A DNA stretch of 63,867 nt, counting the filler, from Atractiella rhizophila (Eukaryota): the NCBI GenBank assembly GCA_021432655.1. It is 4 parts of 3 records of this genome, joined end to end, with 100 filler letters (N's around TTAATTAATTAA, not from the genome) between each part and the next. Parts side by side here need not be neighbours in the genome. Positions count along the whole stretch, not along the records: positions 38,831 to 61,878 come from MU271525.1; 3 more parts are not named here. One strand, given 5' to 3'. The translations under genes and the position numbers were made by a program. How positions within the stretch are numbered: the first letter of the stretch is position 1; each line of letters starts with the position of its first letter. Positions 39,187 to 51,341 of this stretch are shown here, piece after piece. The notes below the pieces were generated by a model. It worked only from the letters and a program-made list of their open reading frames with translations. It was not told where the DNA came from and searched no databases.

Positions 39187-40044
39187 CTACGTCCTGATGG
39201 GTGCAGACATCGATAGAGCTGTTCCTGCTGACAGGCAGTAGATTGTCGATAACTACTGTGGTAAACACCTTCGTTTGCGGTGTTTCTCCGCGGAACCGAG
39301 AATACGATTACACGTGATTGTATTTTCCTCTCCAGGCCTTGCATGACCATCTTGACCATTCTACATCTCCCCACCTGAGAAGCGAAGCTGTTACGTTCCA
39401 CGGGGACGAGCGGGCATGCTGTATTATAACAGCTTTTTCTTAGAACCACTTCGTTGCGCACATGTGCAGTCACAATCCTAAGCTATATAGCTATGTTCAA
39501 GTTTGCTTCTTAAACCTGAAGACCCGGCGAGCCTTGTAATCGATACCATCTTATCGATTGGCTGATGCTGCAATCTGAATGCTCTCAGCGATGATCGATC
39601 CAGATCCCCCGCTGGCGACAATGATTGAGGGCAAGTTGCTACTCTTCGAACCTCGGGAAGCGTTCAAGACTATACTTACTACTGTACACTGTTTAGCGTG
39701 TCCCTTTCTGTTTTTCTACATCGTTCACACCACCTCCACTCAAACCCAATGCTCCCCACCCTCCTAGCCCTTCATCCAAGTGCCTTCTCCGCACCAACTG
39801 CGTGCTCGCCGTCGTCTTCCCATTGCAGAGAAGCATGTATCGATCACACCTTCATTCTTCGTAGCCGACTGGTTGGTGCGATGGATCACGGCCACAACGG
39901 TCAGAGGTGTGCTAACGCATCAATCTCCCAGGAAGTCCAGTATGGTTTTTCGCAAGGGCACGAGAGAAAATATAAAAGCTGGACAGGACGCAGAGATCGC
40001 TATGCCCACTTCGAAAACCATCTTGTGGTGAGTGAAAAGGCGAG

Positions 40045-43000
40045 ATGAAATTGTCTCTAGGCTTTGCGTCCGCTCTCTTGCAAGTTGCAGGTCTTTGGGC
40101 CTCCAAAGTTTCTGCAGCGCCAAGGATAGTATGGGGAGACGACATCCCTGGATCTAGTAATCATCTGGCGACCAGACAAGCTAATACTAAGCTGTCAGTA
40201 CTTCTATCCCTCTGTTTGATGAACAATATTGATGGGAAAAGGCAGAGTATTCGCGCATTTTATGGTACATATCTCTCCTCTCCTCTACTTCATGTTTGGT
40301 CTCACGTGTTACAAGATTGGAATTGTAAGCAACAGAGGTAACCTGTCAGATTCACATTTCGACAATGTTTGCTGAAATAAAGGGTAATAGGCAGCCCCGC
40401 AGACTTCGATAAGGGTAAGTTATTTTTACTCCACATCTCTGACAAGGTGTTAATACGGATATGAAACAGACATCCAACTTGCAAAATCATATGGAATCGA
40501 TGGTACGCCCCTTTTTCTACTCCTCTTCAGCTTTACTAACGTAAATTTTAGCATTTGCGGTTCGTTGCTATCCGCGTACCGCGTACTCATTAATGTCGCT
40601 CACACAACCACAAATTTAAGTTGAATATCGGTGTTGACCCGTTCGTATCATCCTTGCTCTTATTCAATCCTTGGTGTTTACGTACGGAAAATGCAGGTAC
40701 ACGGATGCTCAATTGACGAATGCTTTTCAATCGGCCGTAAACAATAACTTCAAGGTCTTCATCTCCTTCGATTTCAACTGGTATGTCCCTCCCTAACTAT
40801 TCATCATCTCTGCCAGCTCAATTTTATCCCAAGGTACCACACGAATCAGGTACGTTTGCCAATAGCTCTCGGCTGGCATGATTTTTAAGGCCTATTCCTC
40901 AGCCCGTGGATGTCGGCAACAAGGTACACTGTTTTCTTCTCTTTCCTCAATTTATATGGTCCTCAAGCAATGTGACTTATAGATCAAACAATACGCGTCC
41001 TACGCATCTCAACTCAAAATCAACAATAAAGTCGTGGCCTCCTCCTTCTGGGGAGATGGAATCGATATCCAGACCATTAGGAACACCGCTGGAATGGACT
41101 TATACATAGGATTCAACTTCCAGAATCCTTCGGTTTGTGAGTAACTCTACTACTCCTCATTACCGGTCCATACGCGTCTGAAATTTAACGACCATGTAGC
41201 GAATTTTGCACCCCTTGATGGCGCGCTCAACTGGTTAGGTTTGTGATTCATCGTCGTTCCTTGATCAGTTTCTGACGGAGTTCACATTGGCAGGATGGGA
41301 CAACAATGTGAGTTCGCAAGCGCAGTCTTGTGCTTTCCCTCCTCGCTGATATCTGGATCAAGGGTCACAACAAGGCACCCGCGCCAGATGGACACGATCT
41401 TGTGTCTGTAGAGCAAGGTGATCAGACCTACATCAATGCTTTGAACGGAAAAGATTACTGGGCTCGTACGTTCATTTCAACGTTCTATCTCATTCACATG
41501 TCGATGCTGACACTTCACATTTTACATTTAGCTGCCTCAGCCTGGTTCTCGTACGCTTCAATCGCCATGACACGAGTAAGAAAGGCTAATATTTCCTTCT
41601 TAGCACCCATTTCGGAAACGAGGTCCCTTATTCGAAGAATTGGGTTTTCCCTGGCGATAACTTATGGTACAGAAGGTGGGAGAGGATTCTCGCGATGAAG
41701 CCACAGTTTGTCGAGTATGTCTTCCTGAATCACTCCTTTACCTCGAGTTGACAGTTTTGCTTTAGAATGTCTGCTTTCCCCTAAACTAGGAGGTTCCTGT
41801 GTTGACCGCCATTCAGCGTCACTTGGAATGACTATGGCGAATCTCACTACGTGGCACCTCTCAGCTCTCCTCATACAGATGATGGTAAACTGTTGTGTCA
41901 TAAAACCGTCAACGTGCTAAATTGTGGTGACAGGTGCATCGAAATGGGTAAACGATATGCCTCACACAGGCTGGCTCGCTATGTCGAAACCATACATTCA
42001 AGCCTACAAGGCCGGTGCTTCTAGCGTTGCGAGCTATATTCAGGACGAAAAAGTGGTTTACTGGTGCGTTCTTCGGTTTAATGAAGAATGAAATGTTGAG
42101 ACGATGGCAGGTACCGCCCCAATCCTCGAGATTTGAACTGTGATGCCACCGACACGACTATGGGATCGGCTAACAACGTAAGCTCATTAGCTCAAACACT
42201 TGGTTGTTGTTAAGGAGAGCATAGGATTCTGGAAACTACTTTAACGGCAGACCTAATGGATGGCAATCGTTACAAGTAAAGCCCTCATTCTGCTCTGCTT
42301 GTATGCTTATTGATTTCCGATTGTAGGATCAAGTTTTTGTTGTTTCCTTGCTCAAATCTCCAGGAACAGTGCTTGTCCAGAGTGGATCGACTGCCTACAG
42401 GCAAGTCGTTTTACCTCCATCATCTTTCTTGTTGACGCTGCATGCAGTTATCCAGCCTCAGCGGGTGCCAACTTTTTTGCCCTCCCGATGGCCGTTGGTA
42501 GCCAGTCGTTCTCCCTCATCAGGAATGGTGCAACTGTCTTCAGTGCAACCAGTTTGAAGCAAATTACGAACACTTGTAACCACTTTCCCTTTACTAGCGT
42601 GTCATACATTGATGTTCTCCCCAGGCATCTGGTCAGCATATTGGATTTCTCTTGACATCAGAAAACCGACGGTGTTCTGACAGTGGTATTTACAACTTCA
42701 ACGCCTACGTCGGAACGGTACCTGCCGAACAGATCGATAGTCTTGTAGCTCCCGCTTATGGCATGTGAGTATATTCTTTTGGAAATAACGTTTCAATTCT
42801 CAATCAACTATAGGTTTAACCAAGGCTTGAGAGGTGTGTAATGTGCATCATTTTTCCCCTTTGTTGATTTCGTGCACAGTGGCATGCGATGCAAGGCCTT
42901 CACTTTCTACAACTCCAGCCACTGTTGCCCCTACAACTACGATTACGCTGACCGGGACTGGAGGAGGAACTGGGCCAACCCAACCTCCAGACACCTCCAC

Positions 43001-43518
43001 CACGGTTTGTATTTCCAACATACTTTCCCTTAATGACCAGACTTTGCAGACGACGACCACAACCACAAGTACTACGACCACTACCACTCCTCCGCCTGGC
43101 AATGGCGGCACCTCAAAAATAACTTTTAACGTCAATGCGCAGACGTTCTGGGGAGAGAATATCTTCCTTACCGGAAATATTGATCAGCTGAGCAACTGGA
43201 ATCCGTATGCCGCCATCGGGTACCTAGTTCATAAACACTTCTTCACCCAACGCTGATCCTGCTTGAACAGTCCTCTTACGAACCCCAACTATCCCATTTG
43301 GACAGTAACAGTAGAGGTGCCCGCCAACACGGCGATCCAGTATAAGTGTGTCTCCATTTGACCTTTCGAACTTTCCTTGATGCTTTTCTTGCAGGTATAT
43401 CCGAAAGGTTGAGCCGTACAGTAACGGACAACCAGTTACCTGGGAAACTGATCCGAACAGAGTTGTGACGAGCCCTGCTCAAGGCCAGACCATCACTGTC
43501 AATGATACTTGGAAGTAA
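40045..43518 (+). CDS. Secreted GH71 alpha-1,3-glucanase with Thr-rich linker and C-terminal CBM20
   Basis: VFAHFM/IGIV, GID/AFA/LNIG, KVFISFDFNW, YSKNWVFPGD, TWNDYGESHY, DMPHTGW, YNFNAYVG; CBM20 ITFNVNAQTFWGENIFLTG..LSNWNP..YPIWTVTV..IQYKYIR..WETDPNR..VNDTWK*. About 28 introns. Confidence 0.93.
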
Positions 43519-43905
43519 AGTGTTGGATTCGGAAAGACAAGGAATAAACAAGGAAAGGAATCGTGTCGAATTTTCCCACAGCTGGCCCTGCAAACAAGCA
43601 AACAGTTCTCAGTACTTTGATGATACTTCCCTTGATTTCTCTGCCGTTGAACAGGTAAATTAAAGGGAGAACTTCGTCCTCCATTCTGCTGCCATTAGTC
43701 CGATCTGCTCGTGCCGCAGAAGCCACGCTGTTCAATTTGGCTGATTCAGACGATATCAGGTCGCGCCACAGATATCATGAAATTCCTTCATAAGCAGTCT
43801 TGTGGGTACGCAGGTGCATAGCCCGCATTGATAGCTAGCGAAAGGATTTCAAAAGAGTTCTACGAGTCCTACTTGAAGGTCTGAACCAATCTGGACAAGG
43901 CGCGA

Positions 43906-45508
43906 ATGGCAGCTACTACTACTCACCTCCTTCCTTCCGCACGATCCTTGAAGAACACGACGAGCCCAGCAGAATTGAGCAATCTTGTTCCCTTTGACGA
44001 TCTCGTTGCCTCAAAAGCCGTCTATGATCAAAGGACTACTCCTGATGGACTCATCAACGTCTTTGGTGCAAAGAGCTACCTGATGTTAGACTGGGTGAAG
44101 GAATGGTGGTCGAAAGAACAGGATGATTTTGAAGTAGATAACAGTAAGGAAATGACTTTAACCTGAGACAGCAATCAATATTCAAACATTTATTAGCATT
44201 GCCGTATGGCAACCGATTCGGCTCTGACGTATTGAAGCAATCTCTGGCGAATATTTTCAATGGAAACTTTCAATCGAAAGTACCAGTCAAGAGCGAAGAA
44301 ATCATTATCACATGTGGAACCACCCCGTTGATCAACTTGCTTGGTTACACTCTCTTCGAAAGTGGAGGTGTGTAATGCATTCGTCTCTCTTCAGAACGAA
44401 AGTTATCAAAATCTGGTTCTAGACGCAGTCATGATGCCCTGTCCGAATTTTAGCGGTTTTCAGGCCAACATGGAGATCAGAAACGACGTTAAACTTGTCA
44501 AAGTGCCAACTGATTCGGATCCTCAAATCGAAGACCAATTCGCTGCTTCTTCTTCCGATGCCTTTATATCAGCTTTCGACAGGGCATACAACTCTTACGT
44601 GCAAGAAGGAGGAAAGATCAAAGCGGTTCTCACGTCAAATCCCAACAATCCTTCAGGTCGATGTTATTCTGGAGAGACTTTGAAAAAGCTTATCGCTTGG
44701 TGCACCGAGAAGAAGATACATTTCATCTCAGACGAAATTTATGGGCTCTCTTCATTTGCCAGCGAGGGGATGGACACCTTTACAAGCGTTCTGAGCTTGG
44801 TAGAGGAGGGCAGCGAGGAGATGAAGCTCGGGAATATCCACGCCTTCTGGGGAGCTTCGAAAGGTGCGTCATCTCTTGTTGATAATGCGATGCAAACCAC
44901 ATCCTGGGAGGAACTAGATCTAGGCATGGGCGGTCTTCGTGCTGGTTTCTTCGTGACGCGGAATCGACAGCTTTTGAAGGTTCTCACACCGTTGCAATGG
45001 TACGTCATACCAACTCATTTCACAGTCGTTTTCCTGGAGCGCTTTCTGTCTTCTTCTCGCTTCAACGAGTACGTCACTACCTTTCGAGCTCGCCTCGAAG
45101 AAGGATACAAACGCGTTACCTCCGCTTTGAGAGAGAAGAACATTCCCTTCCATCCTTCCAATTCGGGGCTATACATCTGGCTTGATTTGAGTCAATGGTC
45201 GAAATATTTTGAGGGAGGCCTGAAGACTGAGAAGGGAGATGATGGCGAGGTCAAACAGAGTAAGCAAGTGAGGCTGTTGAGATGGATAGTGGAAGAAGGA
45301 GGGGTATATTTTCCAACAGGAGAGGTTCGTCATCCCCCCCACGGCTTTTAGTCCTTCCAGGCTCACAACCGAACAGGAATTTCATTCCAATTTAGATGGA
45401 CATTATAGGTTTGTGTACACGGCGGATATATCGACGTCTGTGGTTTTGGTTGACAGATTGCGGAAATGTTTGGATAAGCTCGAGAGGGAGAAAAAAAATG
45501 TCTTTTAA
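43906..45508 (+). CDS. PLP-dependent class I/II aminotransferase, ACC-synthase-like
   Basis: SNPNNPSGRCY, HFISDEIY, WGASK/DLGMGGLRAG, SGLYIWLDL, GE/EFHSNLDGHYRFVYT. Confidence 0.9.
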
Positions 45509-46337
45509 GGAGTAACGCAAATGCTACGTCAGGCGAATGGGAATAAATGCCAGCTTTTCTAACCAGGCTTGCATGACAGAGTGGACGCTTCAATTGAGAA
45601 TTCAACGATCTTTGGCCCGCTCATGTGCTGCTGAACGAGCACAGTCACGCAGTTCCTCATCTGAGCCTCAACGTGATCACCTGGCTCCTAAGCAACACCC
45701 AGATTGGTGACATTGATGCTCACATGTTGCCTTCGTTTGACGACGAAGTCCACAAGGCTCCATCATTGCAGCCTATGTTCTCAACGCCTTGCTTTTCATG
45801 CCCGTGTTTCTTGCTAGCCTCGCGACTCCAACACCACGCAATGAAACTACAACACAAGATAGTCAGAGTAGATAAGGAGGCAGAAAGTGATGTGAAAGTG
45901 CTAAAGCGAAACATGTTCTCACGACGTCCGAAAGCGCACTTACAACTGCGACTGTCTGAGACATCCTCTCACCCAGCTTCCTCCATAAAAGACCTCGTTC
46001 ATAACTATTTCTACGTCTTCTGTAAAGCATTGGTTCAGGAGTCCTGCCTGGAGTTGGTGTCCTGTTTCTCCTGCAGTGCACCTGAGTCTCTCACGTGTCA
46101 CATTTTGACGCGCCTCCAAAACGCGTCCCCAATTTTAAAGTTCTTGTTATCCGTTTCCCAGATAAAAAGCCCCCTTTCCCAACTCTCTTCCACCTTCAAA
46201 ACCACCAACTCCCCTTCGACTGTTCTCCTCTCTGACGTTTCGTCCGTACTTTCCAGTGTTTCAACTTCAGTGCTTTCAGTATTTCAGTTGCAGATCGTGT
46301 CTCTTGTTCTTCCGCGAAATCGAGAGAGTCTTACAAG

Positions 46338-48746
46338 ATGACCGGATCCATGGTTTTGAATATCTCGCCGTCTATCGCTTCTCCCCCGAAACAAACCAAC
46401 CCTCAACGAGAGGCGACATCGAATTCCAAGTTAGCCTCGAAAGAAGTGATTGAGTGGAGAAGGTCGGTTCAAGATGAGCTCGACGAGGCATTCGAATGGG
46501 ATCCTACTCCCAAAGTGGCTTCTACAGGTCCGTCTTCTTCCTCTCTCTCCAACACTTTTAGAGGAGCTGACAGTTCTTTTGCCTGGAAAGCGACTTTCCC
46601 CGCGCCACCCCAAACTCCTCCAGCCACTCAGCAAGAACGTCTTCTTCAAGTCTTGACTCCCAACACCTCTCCTTCGAAGCAGGTTAGAGAGTGTTCCAAC
46701 TGCTCCAGAAAAGCTACGAAGACCCTTACGCCTATTCTTCCTTGCAAACACTTGCTGTGCGAAAGGTGCATTAATACTCTTATCAACTCAGCCGCTAATG
46801 TTCCGAGGGGGAAAATGGAGTGTGGTCTTTGCAACGTGCCAGTTGAAGGGATTGGAGGACCTGGTGCTATTTCGTTTGCCCAACCTTCTAGGACTTCCGG
46901 GTACGATTTAGTTCTTCGTCCATCATGGTTGTTTTGTTTATGGTGCGAGGATGCTAACGATTTCTGGTGGGAACAGGATGAAAACACCTGAGAATAAGGG
47001 GCGAGGTGGAACGAAAGCCTCCCCATTCACTCCTTTCACGACATATTCGGGTTCCTGCCGCGCTTCTTTCTCTCCACCCTTCACGAATACGATCCATCCT
47101 GGTCTTCCGGCTCCTCCTCCTCTGTTCCCAATCAGGATCGATAACGTACGGCCTTTTCCCGTCTTCCCCGTACTTTCCTTCTCTTCTCACTTGCTAATCT
47201 TCTGTTGTTGCGGTGGAACAGATACCCTGGGATATTTCTTCCGCGGAACTTTTGGCATTTCTGAGCCTGCCTCCAACCGCAGGGACCTGCTTTGTCCACA
47301 TCATAGCGGATCGAAAGACGTGCCAAACTTTCTCACAATGCTATGTGGACTTCCCGAGCCTCGAACTCGCCCAGGGATGCGTCTTTAGGCTAGACGGGAA
47401 GAAGATCGTCGGCAACAAAGATCGCTATGTCAAGGCAGGCAGCGAAGGAAGACCCGTGAGCGTTAGCTTGTGCGGAACGAAGGAAGTAATGGAGGAGGTT
47501 CGTCACCTTTTATTCTTTCCATCTTGGAACATGTCTTCCGCTTGGTTATACTCATACAGGGGTGAATGGGAAATAGTTATTTTACAGTTTCAAAAGGGGA
47601 TTCGGAGAAGACGTGCTCTCCAATGTCGACGAGGAGGATATTTTTTTGACTGGACAGAGACATGAGGTCATCAGGAGGAGGGAGTTAGAGAATCTCGTCA
47701 TGTTCTGTGGTCTTCAAGTTCGCACTCCTCTCTTCCCATCTTAACTGAATGCTGACCAGAACATAGGCTACGCACGCAAAAAAGATGCCTGAAAGACCGT
47801 TCTTGAATCTTGTCAGTGTTGTTATGAAGGTGGGTAATTTTCTTTTATCCTTCCACGAGACGAAGCTGAACGCTTATTACCTCTAGTTTCCGTGGCATAT
47901 CTACCATTTGTACACCGCGACGAAGAGGGACGAGATCTATCGCGCTTATTATCGCTCGCTCGAACTCTTGATGGTCCATCATGAAGAGGTAATGGGGGCT
48001 GAGTCTATCATGCGCATTGCTGTCCGTCCTTTCTTCTCTCTAGCTCTAGATATACGCGCCTCATGCCTTTACTTTTGGAATAGGCGGATGTGGGTTTCAA
48101 TTGTCCTGCCTTCACCTTCAAGCAAAAATCGGACTTGTATGAGCTCATGACGTCCTACATCTCCTTCTTCCCACAATCCACAGCCCTGCTCACCCCAACG
48201 CTTGTGTTCCACGCCATATTCGCCACTCCGCCTCCCATCATTCCGCCATCCAAATCTGCCTCTTCCGGCTTAGGAACTCCTACTCGTTCTACTGCCTCCC
48301 ACCTTTCTTCTCCCCACAGAAGCCCGTTCTACAATACGCCTGCTAACAGCTCTTATTCTATCGCTACCACGCCGTCTTCTGTCGATTCGTCGAGGGAAGA
48401 GGCTCACATGTACAGGATGGGGATGCACGCTAGTTCGCCATCGAGGAAGGGGAGAAATAGTCGCTCTGCCTCTGGAAGCTCTGGAAGCGCTGTGATTACG
48501 ATGCAATCCTTGGAGAAGACAGATTCCGACAGGACGATCATTGGTGGCGTAGCGGACTGTGGAGGGTTGTCGATGAAGAGGGATGATAACCGAACACACG
48601 TTGCTGAGGGATCGAATAGATTAGGAACTCTGGAGGTTCTGAAAGAGGAGGATGAAGACAGGGAGAAGAAGGTGGAAGAACTTGCGAAGCGTTTAGGCGT
48701 TCCCGTTGAACTCGTGGAGAAGGTCAGAGCCGGTTTAGAGAAGTGA
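46338..48746 (+). CDS. RING-finger + RRM-like RNA-binding protein
   Basis: CSNC..LPCKHLLCERC..CGLC; IRIDN/IPWDIS..VHIIADRK..CYVDF..RPVSVS; multi-exon. Confidence 0.7.
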
Positions 48747-50954
48747 TGCCCATGGTCCGTTCCGACTCGCCCAGCCGAGTCAAGTTTCAGAAGGGTTTAC
48801 GTTTTAGTTGTGTTTTTGGGTTCCACGAAGAGCGTTCATCTTATGTAGCAACAATCACCTCCTTAAGTCGTTTGTTTCCTTCCTATCGTCGCATGCATAT
48901 TATTGTCAGGTATCATTGATATCGTCTCTGTCTTTCCTATCCAATTCTGATTCGAGTTGTATCCTCGTCTCTTATGTTTTGATTGATTCAAGCAAGTATT
49001 GATTAACGTGTTCTGTCTGTTCGTGTCTCTTCGATTTGTTATGAAATAAAATGTTGTTATCCTGTATTCAGGCTCGTAAACACTGAAGCCTTTGAGAGAG
49101 AAAGAGAAACACACCGTGTCGGAGGACCATCTTTAACGAGTGATCCCCTCCAACACGTCTTTGGTCTGGACGACTCTTCCGAATTCCTCCTGAAGGATCG
49201 CCATTTCGACTCGATGCTTTGTCTCTGCTGTCCATTCGCTCCCATCTTTTCCATTACCAACATGCACTCCTGGGCAAGCAACGGGACCTCCAAACGTAAG
49301 ACAGGCGTCATCAACGAGCCATACTTTGAACGTCTCGTCCACCGCTTGCCTTGCCGTTGTCGATACGCAGTGGGTCGAGGAGATCCCTATCAGGATCAGA
49401 TTCTTGATTCCCAAGGCTAATAAAACTTCTTTCAGCTTTGTCCCCTGCTCCAATCCGGATACGGCGTTGGTTAGGGAAGCGTAGAAGCCGCTGCTCTTGG
49501 AGTGTTTTACCAAAGTCGGCTCTTCGTCGAGAGGTTTTACACAATCGAGCGGTTGTATGTTCTGTGTTTTGGAATGATGAAGATACGACTTTGGGTTTGT
49601 ATCGGAATGGTGGTGGACGTGCACAATGGGAAGTTTGAGAGATCGGAAATGGGATAAGAGAGACCTTCTTCTGTCGATTCGTCGAGGGAAGAGGCTCACA
49701 TGTACAGGATGGGGATGCACGCTAGTTCGCCATCGAGGAAGGGGAGAAATAGTCGCTCTGCCTCTGGAAGCTCTGGAAGCGCTGTGATTACGATGCAATC
49801 CTTGGAGAAGACAGATTCCGACAGGACGATCATTGGTGGCGTAGCGGACTGTGGAGGGTTGTCGATGAAGAGGGATGATAACCGAACACACGTTGCTGAG
49901 GGATCGAATAGATTAGGAACTCTGGAGGTTCTGAAAGAGGAGGATGAAGACAGGGAGAAGAAGGTGGAAGAACTTGCGAAGCGTTTAGGCGTTCCCGTTG
50001 AACTCGTGGAGAAGGTCAGAGCCGGTTTAGAGAAGTGATGCCCATGGTCCGTTCCGACTCGCCCAGCCGAGTCAAGTTTCAGAAGGGTTTACGTTTTAGT
50101 TGTGTTTTTGGGTTCCACGAAGAGCGTTCATCTTATGTAGCAACAATCACCTCCTTAAGTCGTTTGTTTCCTTCCTATCGTCGCATGCATATTATTGTCA
50201 GGTATCATTGATATCGTCTCTGTCTTTCCTATCCAATTCTGATTCGAGTTGTATCCTCGTCTCTTATGTTTTGATTGATTCAAGCAAGTATTGATTAACG
50301 TGTTCTGTCTGTTCGTGTCTCTTCGATTTGTTATGAAATAAAATGTTGTTATCCTGTATTCAGGCTCGTAAACACTGAAGCCTTTGAGAGAGAAAGAGAA
50401 ACACACCGTGTCGGAGGACCATCTTTAACGAGTGATCCCCTCCAACACGTCTTTGGTCTGGACGACTCTTCCGAATTCCTCCTGAAGGATCGCCATTTCG
50501 ACTCGATGCTTTGTCTCTGCTGTCCATTCGCTCCCATCTTTTCCATTACCAACATGCACTCCTGGGCAAGCAACGGGACCTCCAAACGTAAGACAGGCGT
50601 CATCAACGAGCCATACTTTGAACGTCTCGTCCACCGCTTGCCTTGCCGTTGTCGATACGCAGTGGGTCGAGGAGATCCCTATCAGGATCAGATTCTTGAT
50701 TCCCAAGGCTAATAAAACTTCTTTCAGCTTTGTCCCCTGCTCCAATCCGGATACGGCGTTGGTTAGGGAAGCGTAGAAGCCGCTGCTCTTGGAGTGTTTT
50801 ACCAAAGTCGGCTCTTCGTCGAGAGGTTTTACACAATCGAGCGGTTGTATGTTCTGTGTTTTGGAATGATGAAGATACGACTTTGGGTTTGTATCGGAAT
50901 GGTGGTGGACGTGCACAATGGGAAGTTTGAGAGATCGGAAATGGGATAAGAGAG
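48375..50954. repeat. 1288-bp apparently perfect tandem duplication (48375-49662 and 49667-50954) with 4-nt ACCT junction
   Basis: Identical sequence and ORF translations at a period of 1292; covers the 3' ends of two convergent genes. Confidence 0.95.
49133..49662 (-). pseudogene. 5'-truncated duplicate of the isochorismatase gene
   Basis: Identical to 50425-50954; lacks the N-terminal LLVID catalytic Asp segment. Confidence 0.8.
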
Positions 50955-51132
50955 CGGAACAATTGTTGTTGAAAGTGGGCCACGGAAGGGAGAATGTGTG
51001 CGTGCATTCGGGGGACGTGAATGCTGCAGAAGAATTGAGCAACCATAATAGAGATTTTGTAGACACCTGCAAACCTTTCTGCGCGTCGATTACTAGTAAA
51101 GCAACACTGTCCAAACCTTTCAATGAATCCAT
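50425..51132 (-). CDS. Isochorismatase-family cysteine hydrolase
   Basis: ALLVIDAQKG, IVHVHH, LVKHSKSSGF, GISSTHCVSTTARQA, VDDAC. Confidence 0.9.
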   Translation of the reverse strand: MDSLKGLDSVALLVIDAQKGLQVSTKSLLWLLNSSAAFTSPECTHTFSLPWPTFNNNCSALLSHFRSLKLPIVHVHHHSDTNPKSYLHHSKTQNIQPLDCVKPLDEEPTLVKHSKSSGFYASLTNAVSGLEQGTKLKEVLLALGIKNLILIGISSTHCVSTTARQAVDETFKVWLVDDACLTFGGPVACPGVHVGNGKDGSEWTAETKHRVEMAILQEEFGRVVQTKDVLEGITR

Positions 51133-51341
51133 GATGACGGGAGGCTGCAATGTTTATGTCGAACGCGGGTCTGTTATCTACTTTGTAGCGGTTTAAGTAT
51201 CTCACGGAGTATAGAGTAGGCGAGTCAGAATGAATGCACTAGTGGGTCAGAACACCCAGGGAGTCTGTTTGAACATGAAACCGAAAATGGTATTTCTGAG
51301 GTGATACGACATGAGGATGTCAAACATTTGATGCCTTAAGC

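Noticed and set aside
45361..45408. Apparent premature stop in the ACC-synthase-like gene
   Set aside because: Using the downstream acceptor (ccgaacag) restores the frame EFHSNLDGHYRFVYT through to the stop at 45508.
45625..46341. 238-aa ORF upstream of the RING/RRM gene
   Set aside because: Non-ATG start, no motifs, and it runs through a TATA-like promoter and pyrimidine-rich leader; probably a chance ORF.
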